A DNA stretch of 64,000 bases from an uncultured Bacteroidota bacterium (GTDB lineage: Bacteria > Bacteroidota > Bacteroidia > Flavobacteriales > Flavobacteriaceae), in contig CACOGA010000006.1 of NCBI GenBank assembly GCA_902626585.1, positions 14,155 through 78,154 on the forward strand, read 5' to 3'. A program made the translations under genes and the position numbers. Each line of letters starts with the position of its first letter. The stretch's first letter is position 1. This document shows positions 9,791-19,354 of this stretch, piece after piece. The notes under the pieces were generated by a model. The model worked only from the letters and a program-made list of their open reading frames with translations. It was not told the DNA's origin and did no database searches.

Positions 9791-10785
9791 ATTTAGAATT
9801 TTTAAATCCTGAGTACTTTATTTTATTGGCTGTTATCCCATTAATAATTTTATGGAATTACCTAAAGAGAGATAATTTAACCAACTCCATTAAATTTTCT
9901 AACTCAGAAGCCTTTGGAGACTCAGGAAACTTCTATTCAAAACTAAAATCAATATTTAAATACTTAAGGTTGATTTCACTAATATTAATTATTACTGCTT
10001 TGGCCAGACCACAAGTAATTGACACATCAACTAGAGTAAAAACAAATAGCGGTATTGATATTATTATGGCAATTGATGTTTCTGCAAGTATGCTGGCAAA
10101 AGATTTAAAACCAAACAGGCTTGATGCATTAAAAAATGTCGCTGACGAGTTTATTAAAAATAGAGTTTCGGATAGAATAGGGCTGGTTGAATATGCTGGT
10201 GAAAGTTATACAAAAACTCCCTTGACCACTGATAAAAGTATAACATTAAGATCCTTGAGGGAGATTAAATACAATAATATTATTGAAGGTGGAACTGCAA
10301 TTGGAATGGGCCTTGCAACATCGGTTAATAGGATTAAGGAAAGTAAGGCTAAGAGCAAGGTTATTATTCTTTTGACTGATGGAGTAAATAATGCAGGATT
10401 TATTGATCCTATTACAGCGGCTGAGTTAGCAAAGGAATTTCAGATTAAGATATATTCTATTGGCTTGGGAACAAATGGTCTTGCATTGTCCCCGGTTGGT
10501 ATTGATGCAAGAGGAAAATTTAATTATGCAAATGTCCAGGTTGAAATTGATGAAAATTTACTTACTCAAATTTCTGAAATGACGGGGGGAAAATATTTTA
10601 GGGCTACCGATAATGAAAGACTAAAAGAAATTTATTCAGATATTGACAAGTTAGAAAAGACTGAAATAGAGGAGTTTAAATATTATTCGGTTGACGAGAA
10701 GTTTAGATACTTCCTTCTACCAGCAATAATTTTAATTGTGTTTGAGATGATTATGAAATTAACAATACTAAGAAGTTTTATATAA
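9787..10785 (+). CDS. batA: VWA-domain membrane protein BatA
   Basis: 332 aa with N- and C-terminal TMs, MIDAS AIDVSASM, and LLTDGVNNAG. Confidence 0.85.
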   Translation: MNLEFLNPEYFILLAVIPLIILWNYLKRDNLTNSIKFSNSEAFGDSGNFYSKLKSIFKYLRLISLILIITALARPQVIDTSTRVKTNSGIDIIMAIDVSASMLAKDLKPNRLDALKNVADEFIKNRVSDRIGLVEYAGESYTKTPLTTDKSITLRSLREIKYNNIIEGGTAIGMGLATSVNRIKESKAKSKVIILLTDGVNNAGFIDPITAAELAKEFQIKIYSIGLGTNGLALSPVGIDARGKFNYANVQVEIDENLLTQISEMTGGKYFRATDNERLKEIYSDIDKLEKTEIEEFKYYSVDEKFRYFLLPAIILIVFEMIMKLTILRSFI

Positions 10786-11819
10786 TGTATGAATTAGAAA
10801 ATATATCATGGTCTTGGCTATTTCTATTGGTTATTTTAATCAGCATATTGTTCATTTTTGATAGAGCCTGGAAAATTAAAACTCAGAAATTATTTTTCTC
10901 AAAGTCCAATTTGGAAAGATTAAGTCCAAACATTTCAATCATAAAACCCATCATAAAAACACTTTTTATTGCTATTGGGATTTCAATGTTTATTATTGCG
11001 ATGATTAATCCTAAAATTGGAACTAAGATTGAGACTTTTCAAAGACTGGGGGTTGATATAGTTTTTGCAGTTGATGTTTCTAAAAGTATGCTTGCTGAAG
11101 ACATAGCTCCAAGTAGAATTGAAAAATCTAAGCAGCTAGTAGGCCAAGTTATAAATAATCTGGGTGGCGATAGAATTGGTATTGTAGCTTACGCAGGTAA
11201 GGCTTTCCCTCAACTACCCCTTACTACTGATTATTCATCAGCTAAAATGTTTTTACAAAATATGAATACAGATATGCTTTCATCACAAGGAACAGCCATT
11301 GATGAAGCCATAAGATTATCATCTACCTATTTTGATCAAGACCAGTCAACAGAACGGTTATTATTTATTGTTTCAGACGGAGAGGATCACAATGATTTAT
11401 CATATGAAATGGCCGATTTAGCAGCAAAAAATAATATTACAATTTACTCGATTGGTGTTGGAACAGAAAAGGGATCACCAATTCCGATTAAAAAAAATGG
11501 AATTGTAATGAGTTATAAAAAAGATATTAATGGAGAGGTAGTTATCACAAAACTTAATAAAAATTATCTTGAAAATATTTCTGATAAAACCAAAGGGAAA
11601 TATATAGATGGGTCTGTAACTGAAAATGTGATAAATGAGGTAATTGAAATTTTAGAAAACACTGAAAAAAAAGAATTTGATACTCAAAAATTTTCTGAAT
11701 TTAAAGACCAATTTCAGTGGTTTATCTTAATTGGATTTGTATTGATTGTTATAGATATTTTCATGAGAGATGGGAAAACGATATGGCTAAAAAACCTAAA
11801 TTTATTTAATGAAAAATAA
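10785..11819 (+). CDS. batB: VWA-domain membrane protein BatB
   Basis: 344 aa with MIDAS AVDVSKSM, IVSDGEDH and flanking TM helices. Confidence 0.85.
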   Translation: MYELENISWSWLFLLVILISILFIFDRAWKIKTQKLFFSKSNLERLSPNISIIKPIIKTLFIAIGISMFIIAMINPKIGTKIETFQRLGVDIVFAVDVSKSMLAEDIAPSRIEKSKQLVGQVINNLGGDRIGIVAYAGKAFPQLPLTTDYSSAKMFLQNMNTDMLSSQGTAIDEAIRLSSTYFDQDQSTERLLFIVSDGEDHNDLSYEMADLAAKNNITIYSIGVGTEKGSPIPIKKNGIVMSYKKDINGEVVITKLNKNYLENISDKTKGKYIDGSVTENVINEVIEILENTEKKEFDTQKFSEFKDQFQWFILIGFVLIVIDIFMRDGKTIWLKNLNLFNEK

Positions 11820-12606
11820 TATAATTTTTTACTTTTTTATTTCTATTCTGGCATCAAAAAATATTTATGCTCAGTCTGAAAATTATGCTAAATTCTATAA
11901 CAAAGGAAATAAGTTTATAGAAAATAACTTTGAGGAAGCTGAAAAGAATTTTAGAGTTGCTATCGATGATTCACTAAGTGACTTAAGAGCCACATTCAAT
12001 TTATCAAATAAATATTACAGTGAGGGTTTGTATGATGAAGCAATTTCAAGACAAATAGAATCAACAAAACTTGCCAAAAATAAATCTGAAAAACACAAAG
12101 CTTTTCACAATTTAGGCAACTCGCTAATGAAAAAAGAACTGTGTTCAGAAGCGGTATTAGCATATAAAAATGCATTGAGAAATGATCCCAGCGATGATGA
12201 AACTCGATACAATTTAGCACTGGCTAAGATGTGTGAAGAGGAACAGCAAAATGATGATCAAAACAAAGATGATCAGAACAAGGATAATGAGAACAAGGAT
12301 AATGAGAATAAAGATGATCAGAACAAGGATAATGAGAATAAAGATGATCAGAACAAGGATAATGAGAATAAAGATGATCAAAACAAGGATAATGAGAATA
12401 AAGATGATCAAAATAATAGCGATCAGAATAAGGATGATAATAAGTCTGAGAAACCTAAAGAAAACAAGAATCAACAATCAAAACTTTCTCCTCAACAGAT
12501 TAAAAATTTATTGAAGGCTATGGAAAATGCAGAAAAGAAAGTTCAAGCTAAAGTAAATGATAAGAAACAAAAAGGCACAAAAGTTGTTTCTGAAAAAGAC
12601 TGGTAA
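11809..12606 (+). CDS. batC: TPR-repeat protein BatC with acidic D(D/N)(Q/E)NK tandem-repeat linker
   Basis: 265 aa with a signal peptide, TPR-like N-terminal half and a low-complexity repeat tail. Position in the Bat operon supports the call. Confidence 0.75.
   Translation: MKNNIIFYFFISILASKNIYAQSENYAKFYNKGNKFIENNFEEAEKNFRVAIDDSLSDLRATFNLSNKYYSEGLYDEAISRQIESTKLAKNKSEKHKAFHNLGNSLMKKELCSEAVLAYKNALRNDPSDDETRYNLALAKMCEEEQQNDDQNKDDQNKDNENKDNENKDDQNKDNENKDDQNKDNENKDDQNKDNENKDDQNNSDQNKDDNKSEKPKENKNQQSKLSPQQIKNLLKAMENAEKKVQAKVNDKKQKGTKVVSEKDW
12253..12447 (+). repeat. in-frame tandem repeat, 15-bp subunit / 30-bp unit (aatgagaataaagatgatcagaacaaggat)
   Basis: Units at 12301-12330 and 12331-12360 are identical. 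The unit at 12361-12390 differs at 1 nt. Degenerate units flank them. The repeat encodes DDQNKDNENK. Confidence 0.9.
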
Positions 12607-14363
12607 TGTTTAGAAATAAATTTATACATATAATTATTTTCCTGATTAGCTTTTCAGCCTTTTCACAAGTTAATTTTTCAACCAAATTGAGTAAGAATCA
12701 ATTGGGTTTAAATGAAAGAGTAAAAGTAGAGTTTTCAGTTGACAAAGACGGTGACAATTTCATACCCCCAACTTTTGAAAACTTTAGAATTGTTGGAGGT
12801 CCAAGTCAATCAATCAGAAATTCTTGGATTAACGGAAAAAGAACGTATTCTAAGACATATTCATATTTCTTATCTCCAATTGAAAAAGGCTCTTTTGAAA
12901 TTGGACAGGCTTCCATTGAAGTAGATGGTAAAATTTATAAAACACTTCCAGTAAAAGTAATAGTAACATCTGCCGTTGATAAACCAACAAATCCTAATGA
13001 TCCAAATTACATTGCAGATAAAAAAATACACTTAGTTGCAGAGTTATCAGATAATACACCTTTTTTAAATGAAGCAGTCTCAGTCATCTATAAGCTCTAT
13101 GTTGCACCAGATACTGGGGTTGATAATTGGAGAGAATTGGAAGCTCCAAGATATGCTAATTTCTGGAGTAATAATATAGATATTAAGTCACTGAATGTTC
13201 AAAATGGTACATATAAGGGTGAACCTTACAGATTTGTGGTACTTAGAAGAACATTATTGTATCCTCAGAAAACAGGGAAATTAAAAATTGAGCCATTAAC
13301 TCTAGATATTTCTGTTCAGGTTCCTTCAAATCGGAGAGATTTTTTTGGCAATCTTATTTCATCTAGTGTAAATAAAACTGTTTCCTCTGGAAGCTCAGTT
13401 ATTGATGTTAAGCCATTACCGCTAAATAATAAACCAATGGATTTTTCCGGTGCCGTTGGGAACTTTAATTTTGAGATTAAATCAGATAAAAAAGAATTGT
13501 TGTTAGATGAGGCATTTCAATTAAGTTTGATTGTTTCTGGAAAAGGTAATTTTAATTTATTTGATGATCCAAAGATATCTTTACCAGTATCTTTAGAGGT
13601 ATACGAGCCCGAAAAAATATCAAATGTTTCGGTTAGATCAAATGGAATTAAAGGAGAAATAAATAATAAATATACAGTTGTTCCCAATAATCCAGGAAAG
13701 TATACTATCCCACAAACAAAATTTTCTTTTTTTAATCCCGAGTTAGAAGAGTATAAAACCATCTATTCAGATCCAATTTTTATCGATGTTGAAGGAGTTT
13801 ACAAACCTTCTTCAAATTCTGAGGATAATTCTGAGAGTATTAAAACAAATAAAATTCAATTATCCGAGAGTCAATTTTCATCCTTTAAAACAAAAACAAA
13901 ATTTTCAAAAGTAAACGAGGTTGTATTTTTTAATTCAATTTTCTATTGGATTTTATTAATTACACCATTAATAATATGCATTATAATTATAGTTGTAACC
14001 AAGTTTATCAGAAAATATAACTCAAAAAAGATTGACGAATTAAAGCTTGTAAGAAACAAAACAAACAAACTTTTAGATGAGTCAAAAGGATTAATTGGTA
14101 ACAAAGAAAAATTTTATGAATCCATTGATAAAGCATTAACAATATACTTAAAGACAAAGCTAAAAATTAATAATTCTGATTTTAAAAATGAAGTTATTCA
14201 AATTAAACTTGAGCAAATGAATGTAGAAAAAAATATAATTGATTTATTATTTGAGATTTTTGAAAATTGTCAACTTGCCAGATACACCCCTTTAAATATA
14301 GATGCAATGAGCGATGATTATAATAAGACAAAACGATTTATTGAGCAGCTTGAAAAATATTAG
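12606..14363 (+). CDS. batD: BatD (oxygen-tolerance family) membrane protein
   Basis: 585 aa with a signal peptide, large periplasmic beta-rich region, a single TM (WILLITPLIICIIIIVV) and a helical tail. TAATG junction with batC. Confidence 0.75.
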   Translation: MFRNKFIHIIIFLISFSAFSQVNFSTKLSKNQLGLNERVKVEFSVDKDGDNFIPPTFENFRIVGGPSQSIRNSWINGKRTYSKTYSYFLSPIEKGSFEIGQASIEVDGKIYKTLPVKVIVTSAVDKPTNPNDPNYIADKKIHLVAELSDNTPFLNEAVSVIYKLYVAPDTGVDNWRELEAPRYANFWSNNIDIKSLNVQNGTYKGEPYRFVVLRRTLLYPQKTGKLKIEPLTLDISVQVPSNRRDFFGNLISSSVNKTVSSGSSVIDVKPLPLNNKPMDFSGAVGNFNFEIKSDKKELLLDEAFQLSLIVSGKGNFNLFDDPKISLPVSLEVYEPEKISNVSVRSNGIKGEINNKYTVVPNNPGKYTIPQTKFSFFNPELEEYKTIYSDPIFIDVEGVYKPSSNSEDNSESIKTNKIQLSESQFSSFKTKTKFSKVNEVVFFNSIFYWILLITPLIICIIIIVVTKFIRKYNSKKIDELKLVRNKTNKLLDESKGLIGNKEKFYESIDKALTIYLKTKLKINNSDFKNEVIQIKLEQMNVEKNIIDLLFEIFENCQLARYTPLNIDAMSDDYNKTKRFIEQLEKY

Positions 14364-14366
14364 ATA

Positions 14367-15158
14367 ATGGTATTAAAATATTTATATAATATAGTTTTTG
14401 TTTTTTTTGTGATGATTTTTTCGAATAATCTTCACAGTCAAGATCAGCTTAATTTTTCCGATTTGAATGATAAATTCACAGAGGCCAATAACCTATATAA
14501 TGATTCAAAATATGAAAAATCAATTGAGCTATATTATCAAATTTTAGATTCAGGATTTCATTCGGCTGAACTTTACTATAATCTTGGAAACTCGTTTTAT
14601 AAATTAAATGATATAGCAAACAGTATACTGTTTTATGAAAAATCGATAAAACTTAATTCCAATGACAAAGACGCAATCAATAATTTAAAAATGGTTAATA
14701 ATGCAATTATTGATGATATAACTAAAATCCCAGAACCATTTATCGAAAGTCAATTAAATAGAATTTCAAATATTCTGAGTTTTTCTGTATGGGGCCATAT
14801 ATCAATAATCTTATCATTCTTGTTTCTTGTTCTATTTGTTCTATATTTCTTTTCTAAAGAACCTAATTTCAAAAGAGCTTCATTTACTTTTTTATTCGTT
14901 TTATTTATATTGATTGGAACGATATTAAAGATTAGCTTTCATGCCTTTGAAAAAAATTATCTTGAAAAGTATGCTGTTATTTTTTCATCAAAAATTGAAA
15001 TTAAGGCTGATCCAAATGAAAGAAGTGAGAATTTACTTACTTTGCACCTAGGTACTAAAGTTAGAATTATCGATAATTTTAATAACGATTGGGTAAAAAT
15101 TAAACTAGTAAATGGTCAAGAAGGTTGGATTAAAAAAAATCAAATTAAAATAATATGA
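14367..15158 (+). CDS. batE: BatE: TPR + TM + C-terminal SH3b domain protein
   Basis: 263 aa with a TPR region (YYNLGNSFYKL), two TMs and C-terminal DWVKIKLVNGQEGWIKKNQI typical of bacterial SH3. Confidence 0.75.
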   Translation: MVLKYLYNIVFVFFVMIFSNNLHSQDQLNFSDLNDKFTEANNLYNDSKYEKSIELYYQILDSGFHSAELYYNLGNSFYKLNDIANSILFYEKSIKLNSNDKDAINNLKMVNNAIIDDITKIPEPFIESQLNRISNILSFSVWGHISIILSFLFLVLFVLYFFSKEPNFKRASFTFLFVLFILIGTILKISFHAFEKNYLEKYAVIFSSKIEIKADPNERSENLLTLHLGTKVRIIDNFNNDWVKIKLVNGQEGWIKKNQIKII

Positions 15159-15616
15159 TAAAAGAAGATCAAATTCATGAAGCCCAGAAAAAATGGGGTA
15201 ATGGAATAGTAAAAATTGGAACCCTCAAGAATAAAAAAGTGGAATGTGTTGAATTTACAAAAACGTTTTTAAATGAATTATATGACTTTAAAAATAAAGA
15301 GGTGTTGTTTAAACCAACAAAAGCTGTCAAAGAGCAGTTTAGACCGAATCCTGAAATGGCACTTTCTTACTTTATAGGCGGAAATGATTCATTCTGTGCA
15401 GAGGATGATGGTTTTGCCATGAAACCTTGGGTAGATGTCAAATTCAAAAACTCAGGTTTTATAATTGAAAATCATCGTGCAATTGCAATGGGAAATTATT
15501 TTTTTACTGATTTGGAGGGAGCAGTAGTAAAGGTTGAATATACATTTGGTTACACATTAAGGAATGGTAATTTGATTATTGATCTTCATCACTCTTCGCT
15601 GCCATTCTCATCATAA
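15155..15616 (+). CDS. hypothetical soluble protein (possibly NTF2/SnoaL-like fold), translationally coupled to batE
   Basis: 153-aa ORF with an ATGA overlap with the batE stop. No catalytic motif recognised. Confidence 0.5.
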   Translation: MIKEDQIHEAQKKWGNGIVKIGTLKNKKVECVEFTKTFLNELYDFKNKEVLFKPTKAVKEQFRPNPEMALSYFIGGNDSFCAEDDGFAMKPWVDVKFKNSGFIIENHRAIAMGNYFFTDLEGAVVKVEYTFGYTLRNGNLIIDLHHSSLPFSS

Positions 15617-16086
15617 GTATTGTCGATAATAATGTTGTTTATTTTTTCAATATTAGTGTATAGAAAAGATTGATTCAGTGTTGCATTTTCTATTGCGGCT
15701 GTAATGTTATTAATTTTAGAAAATATAAAAATAATTATACATAATAATAGTGTTGACTTTATAATACCAAAAACAGCTCCCACTATTCTATTCAATAAAC
15801 CAAGTGCAACTAGTTTTAAAAATTTGGTTAAAAGTTTGGCAATAATTTTAAATATCATAATTGTAATTAGGAATATTATCAATGACGATAGAATCGAGAT
15901 AAAATCTGCTTCTGATTCAAATATTGGCTTCAGTTTTAAATCAAGAAATGGATGAAAATTTTTTGCTAAGTATATTCCTATAACAATACCAAGTACAGAT
16001 GCTAACTCTTTAACAAGTCCTTTTGAAAATCCATTATATGCACCCCAGGCGATTACTAAACCTAAAAAAATATCGAGGTAGCTCAT
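15589..16086 (-). CDS. cvpA: CvpA-family membrane protein
   Basis: 165 aa with four TM helices and an N-terminus MSYLDIFLGLVIAWGAYNGFSKGLV typical of the colicin V production protein family. Confidence 0.8.
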   Translation of the reverse strand: MSYLDIFLGLVIAWGAYNGFSKGLVKELASVLGIVIGIYLAKNFHPFLDLKLKPIFESEADFISILSSLIIFLITIMIFKIIAKLLTKFLKLVALGLLNRIVGAVFGIIKSTLLLCIIIFIFSKINNITAAIENATLNQSFLYTNIEKINNIIIDNTYDENGSEE

Positions 16087-16138
16087 AACAAATTATTAGT
16101 TAATGTTAATTTAATAAATATTAACTTCTTTATATTAG

Positions 16139-16176
16139 TTTATGAAATCAAATTATATTAATTAAGATTTCATAAA
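16139..16176. promoter_or_regulatory. perfect 11-bp inverted repeat (tttatgaaatc N16 gatttcataaa) in cvpA/pheS divergent intergenic region
   Basis: Arms at 16139-16149 and 16166-16176 are exact reverse complements. The right arm overlaps TAAATTTG (16173-16180), which matches the Bacteroidetes -7 promoter consensus TAnnTTTG, 14 nt before the pheS ATG. Confidence 0.4.
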
Positions 16177-16193
16177 TTTGGCTCTACAAAGTC

Positions 16194-17210
16194 ATGGAAG
16201 ATAAAATAAAAAAGAACCTTAAGGATATTCAAAATTTTCAATCAGATTCAATTACTGAGATTGAAGAATTTAGAGTAAAATATTTAGGTAAAAAAGGTTT
16301 ATTGAATTCATACTTTATTGAATTTAAATCATTGGATAATGACGAAAAGAAGAAATTGGGTAGTTTATTAAATAATCTTAAAAATTCTGCTCAACAAAAA
16401 GTTGATGATTTAAAATCTAATAGTTCTACAACATTTGATAATTTAAAAATTAATGATATTTCAAGACCAGGTGACCTTATAGAAATCGGATCCCGTCACC
16501 CTATATCAATTGTTAAAAATAGAATTATTGATATTTTTTCTAAAATTGGATTTACAATCAGCGAAGGGCCAGAAATAGAGGATGATTGGCATAACTTTAG
16601 TGCCTTGAATCTTCCTGAGCACCATCCAGCAAGAGATATGCAGGATACTTTCTTCGTTGAAAAGAATCCTGACTATTTATTAAGAACACACACCAGCTCA
16701 GTTCAGGTCAGATACATGGAAAATAACAAACCACCAATTAGGACTATTTCGCCTGGACGAGTATACCGAAATGAAGCAATTTCTGCACGATCTCATTGTT
16801 TTTTTCATCAGATTGAGGGCTTGTGTATTGACAAAGATGTAAGTTTTGCCGACCTAAAACAAACCTTAGAATACTTTACAACCCAACTATTTGGTAAATC
16901 TAAAATAAGACTAAGACCATCTTATTTTCCTTTTACTGAGCCTAGTGCAGAGGTTGATGTTTACTGGGGACTAAATAATGAAACAGATTATAAAATGACA
17001 AAGGGTACAGGATGGTTGGAAATTATGGGATGCGGCATGGTTGATCCAAATGTTTTAGAAAATTGTAAAATTGACCCTAATGAATACTCGGGATTTGCTT
17101 TTGGACTGGGAATTGATAGAATTGCTCTTTTATTACATCAAATAGATGATATTCGACTTTTGAGTGAAAATGATGTTAGGTTTTTGGAGCAATTTAGAGC
17201 CTCATTCTAA
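16194..17210 (+). CDS. pheS: phenylalanine--tRNA ligase alpha subunit
   Basis: 338 aa with [13 protein letters not shown] and [12 protein letters not shown] class II motifs. Confidence 0.95.
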   Translation: MEDKIKKNLKDIQNFQSDSITEIEEFRVKYLGKKGLLNSYFIEFKSLDNDEKKKLGSLLNNLKNSAQQKVDDLKSNSSTTFDNLKINDISRPGDLIEIGSRHPISIVKNRIIDIFSKIGFTISEGPEIEDDWHNFSALNLPEHHPARDMQDTFFVEKNPDYLLRTHTSSVQVRYMENNKPPIRTISPGRVYRNEAISARSHCFFHQIEGLCIDKDVSFADLKQTLEYFTTQLFGKSKIRLRPSYFPFTEPSAEVDVYWGLNNETDYKMTKGTGWLEIMGCGMVDPNVLENCKIDPNEYSGFAFGLGIDRIALLLHQIDDIRLLSENDVRFLEQFRASF

Positions 17211-18211
17211 GAAATTATATCGCTTAATTCTTTAAATATTTTTCTAGCACTTCTTTTTTCATAAAGAATTTTATAAACAGCATTTATGATTGGCAATTTA
17301 ATTTTTTTTGTAGATTGTTCATTTAATAAGTAAGCTTTTTTTGTTGCGATATATCCCTCTGCTACCATTTTCATTTCGGATTGCGCAGCTTTTATCGTAT
17401 AGCCTTTGCCAATCATATTCCCAAACATTCTATTTCTTGAAAATGAAGAATATCCTGTTACTAAAAGATCTCCTAAATACGCTGAATTATTTATGTCTCT
17501 TCTTATTTTATGTCTTTCAGAAATGAATTTTTTCATCTCCTTAACTGAATTACTCATCAAAACACTTTGGTAATTATCTCCATACCCCAATCCGTTGGAA
17601 ATTCCAACTGCTAAAGCATATATATTTTTTAGCATACTAGCATATTCAATACCGATTACATCGTCTGAGGCCTTTACATTTATGTATTTACATTTAAATT
17701 TTTCAGAAATTATTTTACATAGTTCTATGTTGGAAGAACCAATTGTTAAGTATGATAACTTTTCTAATGCCACTTCTTCAGCATGACATGGCCCACCAAT
17801 AACAAGAAAATTTTCCATAGAGATATTGTGGTATTTCTGCATATGTTCACCAAACAAAAGATTTGTTTCCGGAACCAGACCTTTTAGAGCACACATTATA
17901 ATTTTTTCTGAAATATCAGCTTCAATTTTTTCCATTTCTTTGCTAACGTATTCAGATGGGATGGCGATTATTATAACATCAGAACTGCCCACTATTTCAT
18001 TTATATTTTCAGAAATTTTAATCTTTTTCAGATTTAACTTTACTGAACTTAAATAGTTGGGATTATGATAATTTTTTAAAATATAATCAATATTATCTCT
18101 GTTTCTGATATACCAATTAATCTCTTTGTTTTTTTCAGAAAGGATTTTAATTAGTGCTGTTGCCCAGCTACCGCTTCCTATTACACCAAATTTTAATTTA
18201 GTTTTTGTCAT
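17207..18211 (-). CDS. gpsA: NAD(P)H-dependent glycerol-3-phosphate dehydrogenase
   Basis: 334 aa with [11 protein letters not shown] Rossmann motif and family-typical length. Confidence 0.9.
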   Translation of the reverse strand: MTKTKLKFGVIGSGSWATALIKILSEKNKEINWYIRNRDNIDYILKNYHNPNYLSSVKLNLKKIKISENINEIVGSSDVIIIAIPSEYVSKEMEKIEADISEKIIMCALKGLVPETNLLFGEHMQKYHNISMENFLVIGGPCHAEEVALEKLSYLTIGSSNIELCKIISEKFKCKYINVKASDDVIGIEYASMLKNIYALAVGISNGLGYGDNYQSVLMSNSVKEMKKFISERHKIRRDINNSAYLGDLLVTGYSSFSRNRMFGNMIGKGYTIKAAQSEMKMVAEGYIATKKAYLLNEQSTKKIKLPIINAVYKILYEKRSARKIFKELSDIIS

Positions 18212-18792
18212 TTATATAATTCATTGGTATTGATATAATCCATAACTTTTTTAGCAATTAATTCACTAGGGTCAGCTTTTTTTAAAACTATATTTCTAAT
18301 ATTTGTTGAACTTAAGTCAATTCGTGGTCCTCCAATATACGTAGCATTCTCATTAATTATATATGGGTTTTCTTTAAGAGTTCCTTTCCTAGGGTAAATG
18401 AAAATCTTATAATTCTTTAATATTTTTTCATAATCTTTCCATGTGTCAAAAATTTTATAATTGTCTTCCCCAATAATCAGGCTAAATTCGATTTCTGACA
18501 ATTTTTTTGAAATATACTCCAAAGTATCAATTGTATAGTTCGGCTTTTTAAGATTAACTTCTAAATCACTAGGCATTATATTATTATACTTTTCTGTTGC
18601 AATTTCAACCATATTGAATCTGTGTTTGAAGTCAGAAATATTATTTTTTCTTTTGATAGGATTTTCAGGTGTTACGACAAGCCAAACTTCATCATTTAAT
18701 TTTGCATCAATAATATACTCAGCAATTCTTAAATGACCTTTGTGTATAGGGTCAAAAGTTCCAAAAAATAAACCAATCTTTTTCTTATCCAT
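18208..18792 (-). CDS. nadD: nicotinate-nucleotide adenylyltransferase
   Basis: 194 aa with GLFFGTFDPIHKGH (HxGH). Confidence 0.9.
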   Translation of the reverse strand: MDKKKIGLFFGTFDPIHKGHLRIAEYIIDAKLNDEVWLVVTPENPIKRKNNISDFKHRFNMVEIATEKYNNIMPSDLEVNLKKPNYTIDTLEYISKKLSEIEFSLIIGEDNYKIFDTWKDYEKILKNYKIFIYPRKGTLKENPYIINENATYIGGPRIDLSSTNIRNIVLKKADPSELIAKKVMDYINTNELYK

Positions 18793-19354
18793 TGATGAAA
18801 TTATTTACAAGATTGAAAACTTCATTATAGCTTGTTTCAAGAATATCGTTTTCAACTACATAATCAAATTTGTCAGCTAGTAACATTTCATCTTTAGCTT
18901 TATCAACTCTGGTTTTGATATTTGATTCTGTTTCAGAATTTCTATTTCTAAGCCTCTTTTGAAGCTCAATTATGCTTGGTGGTTTTATGAAAATTGTTAA
19001 CGTTTGATTCTTATATTTTTTTTTAATGTTTAGCCCCCCCATTACATCTATATCAAAAATTAAGTTTTTTTCTTTTGAATTTTCAAGCTGTGAAATCAGT
19101 GTACCGTAAAATACGCCCTTATATACCTCTTCCCACTCTATAAAATCGTTACTGTTTATTTTATTTTTGAACTCCTCTTTGGAAATGAAAAAATAATTCT
19201 CGCCATTTTTTTCATTATCTCTTGGTTTTCTCGATGTGGCCGAAATTGAAAACGAAAGGTTTAGGGTTTTTTCGTCCAGAAGTTTATTCACAATTGTTGT
19301 TTTTCCGGATCCTGATGGCGCAGCAATGACTATAAATTTTGATTTTTTCATCAA
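18785..19354 (-). CDS. gmk: guanylate kinase
   Basis: 189 aa with P-loop IAAPSGSGKTT and SATSRKPR. Confidence 0.92.
   Translation of the reverse strand: MMKKSKFIVIAAPSGSGKTTIVNKLLDEKTLNLSFSISATSRKPRDNEKNGENYFFISKEEFKNKINSNDFIEWEEVYKGVFYGTLISQLENSKEKNLIFDIDVMGGLNIKKKYKNQTLTIFIKPPSIIELQKRLRNRNSETESNIKTRVDKAKDEMLLADKFDYVVENDILETSYNEVFNLVNNFING

Noticed and set aside
12253-12447. Regular 30-bp repeats considered as a CRISPR-like array.
   Set aside because: The units are directly adjacent with no spacers. They are in frame inside BatC, and there are no cas genes.
12214-12514. ORFs 12214..12477 (-) and 12233..12514 (+) with bizarre I/L-rich or M/R/I/K-rich repeats.
   Set aside because: They are alternative-frame and antisense readings of the BatC 30-bp tandem repeat. 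The periodicity keeps every frame open, and there is no independent support for them.
16142-16165. Mini-ORF MKSNYIN inside the pheS-upstream hairpin, considered as a pheM-like leader peptide.
   Set aside because: It contains no Phe codons, so it cannot sense Phe-tRNA charging. It is probably a coincidence of the ATG within the palindrome arm.
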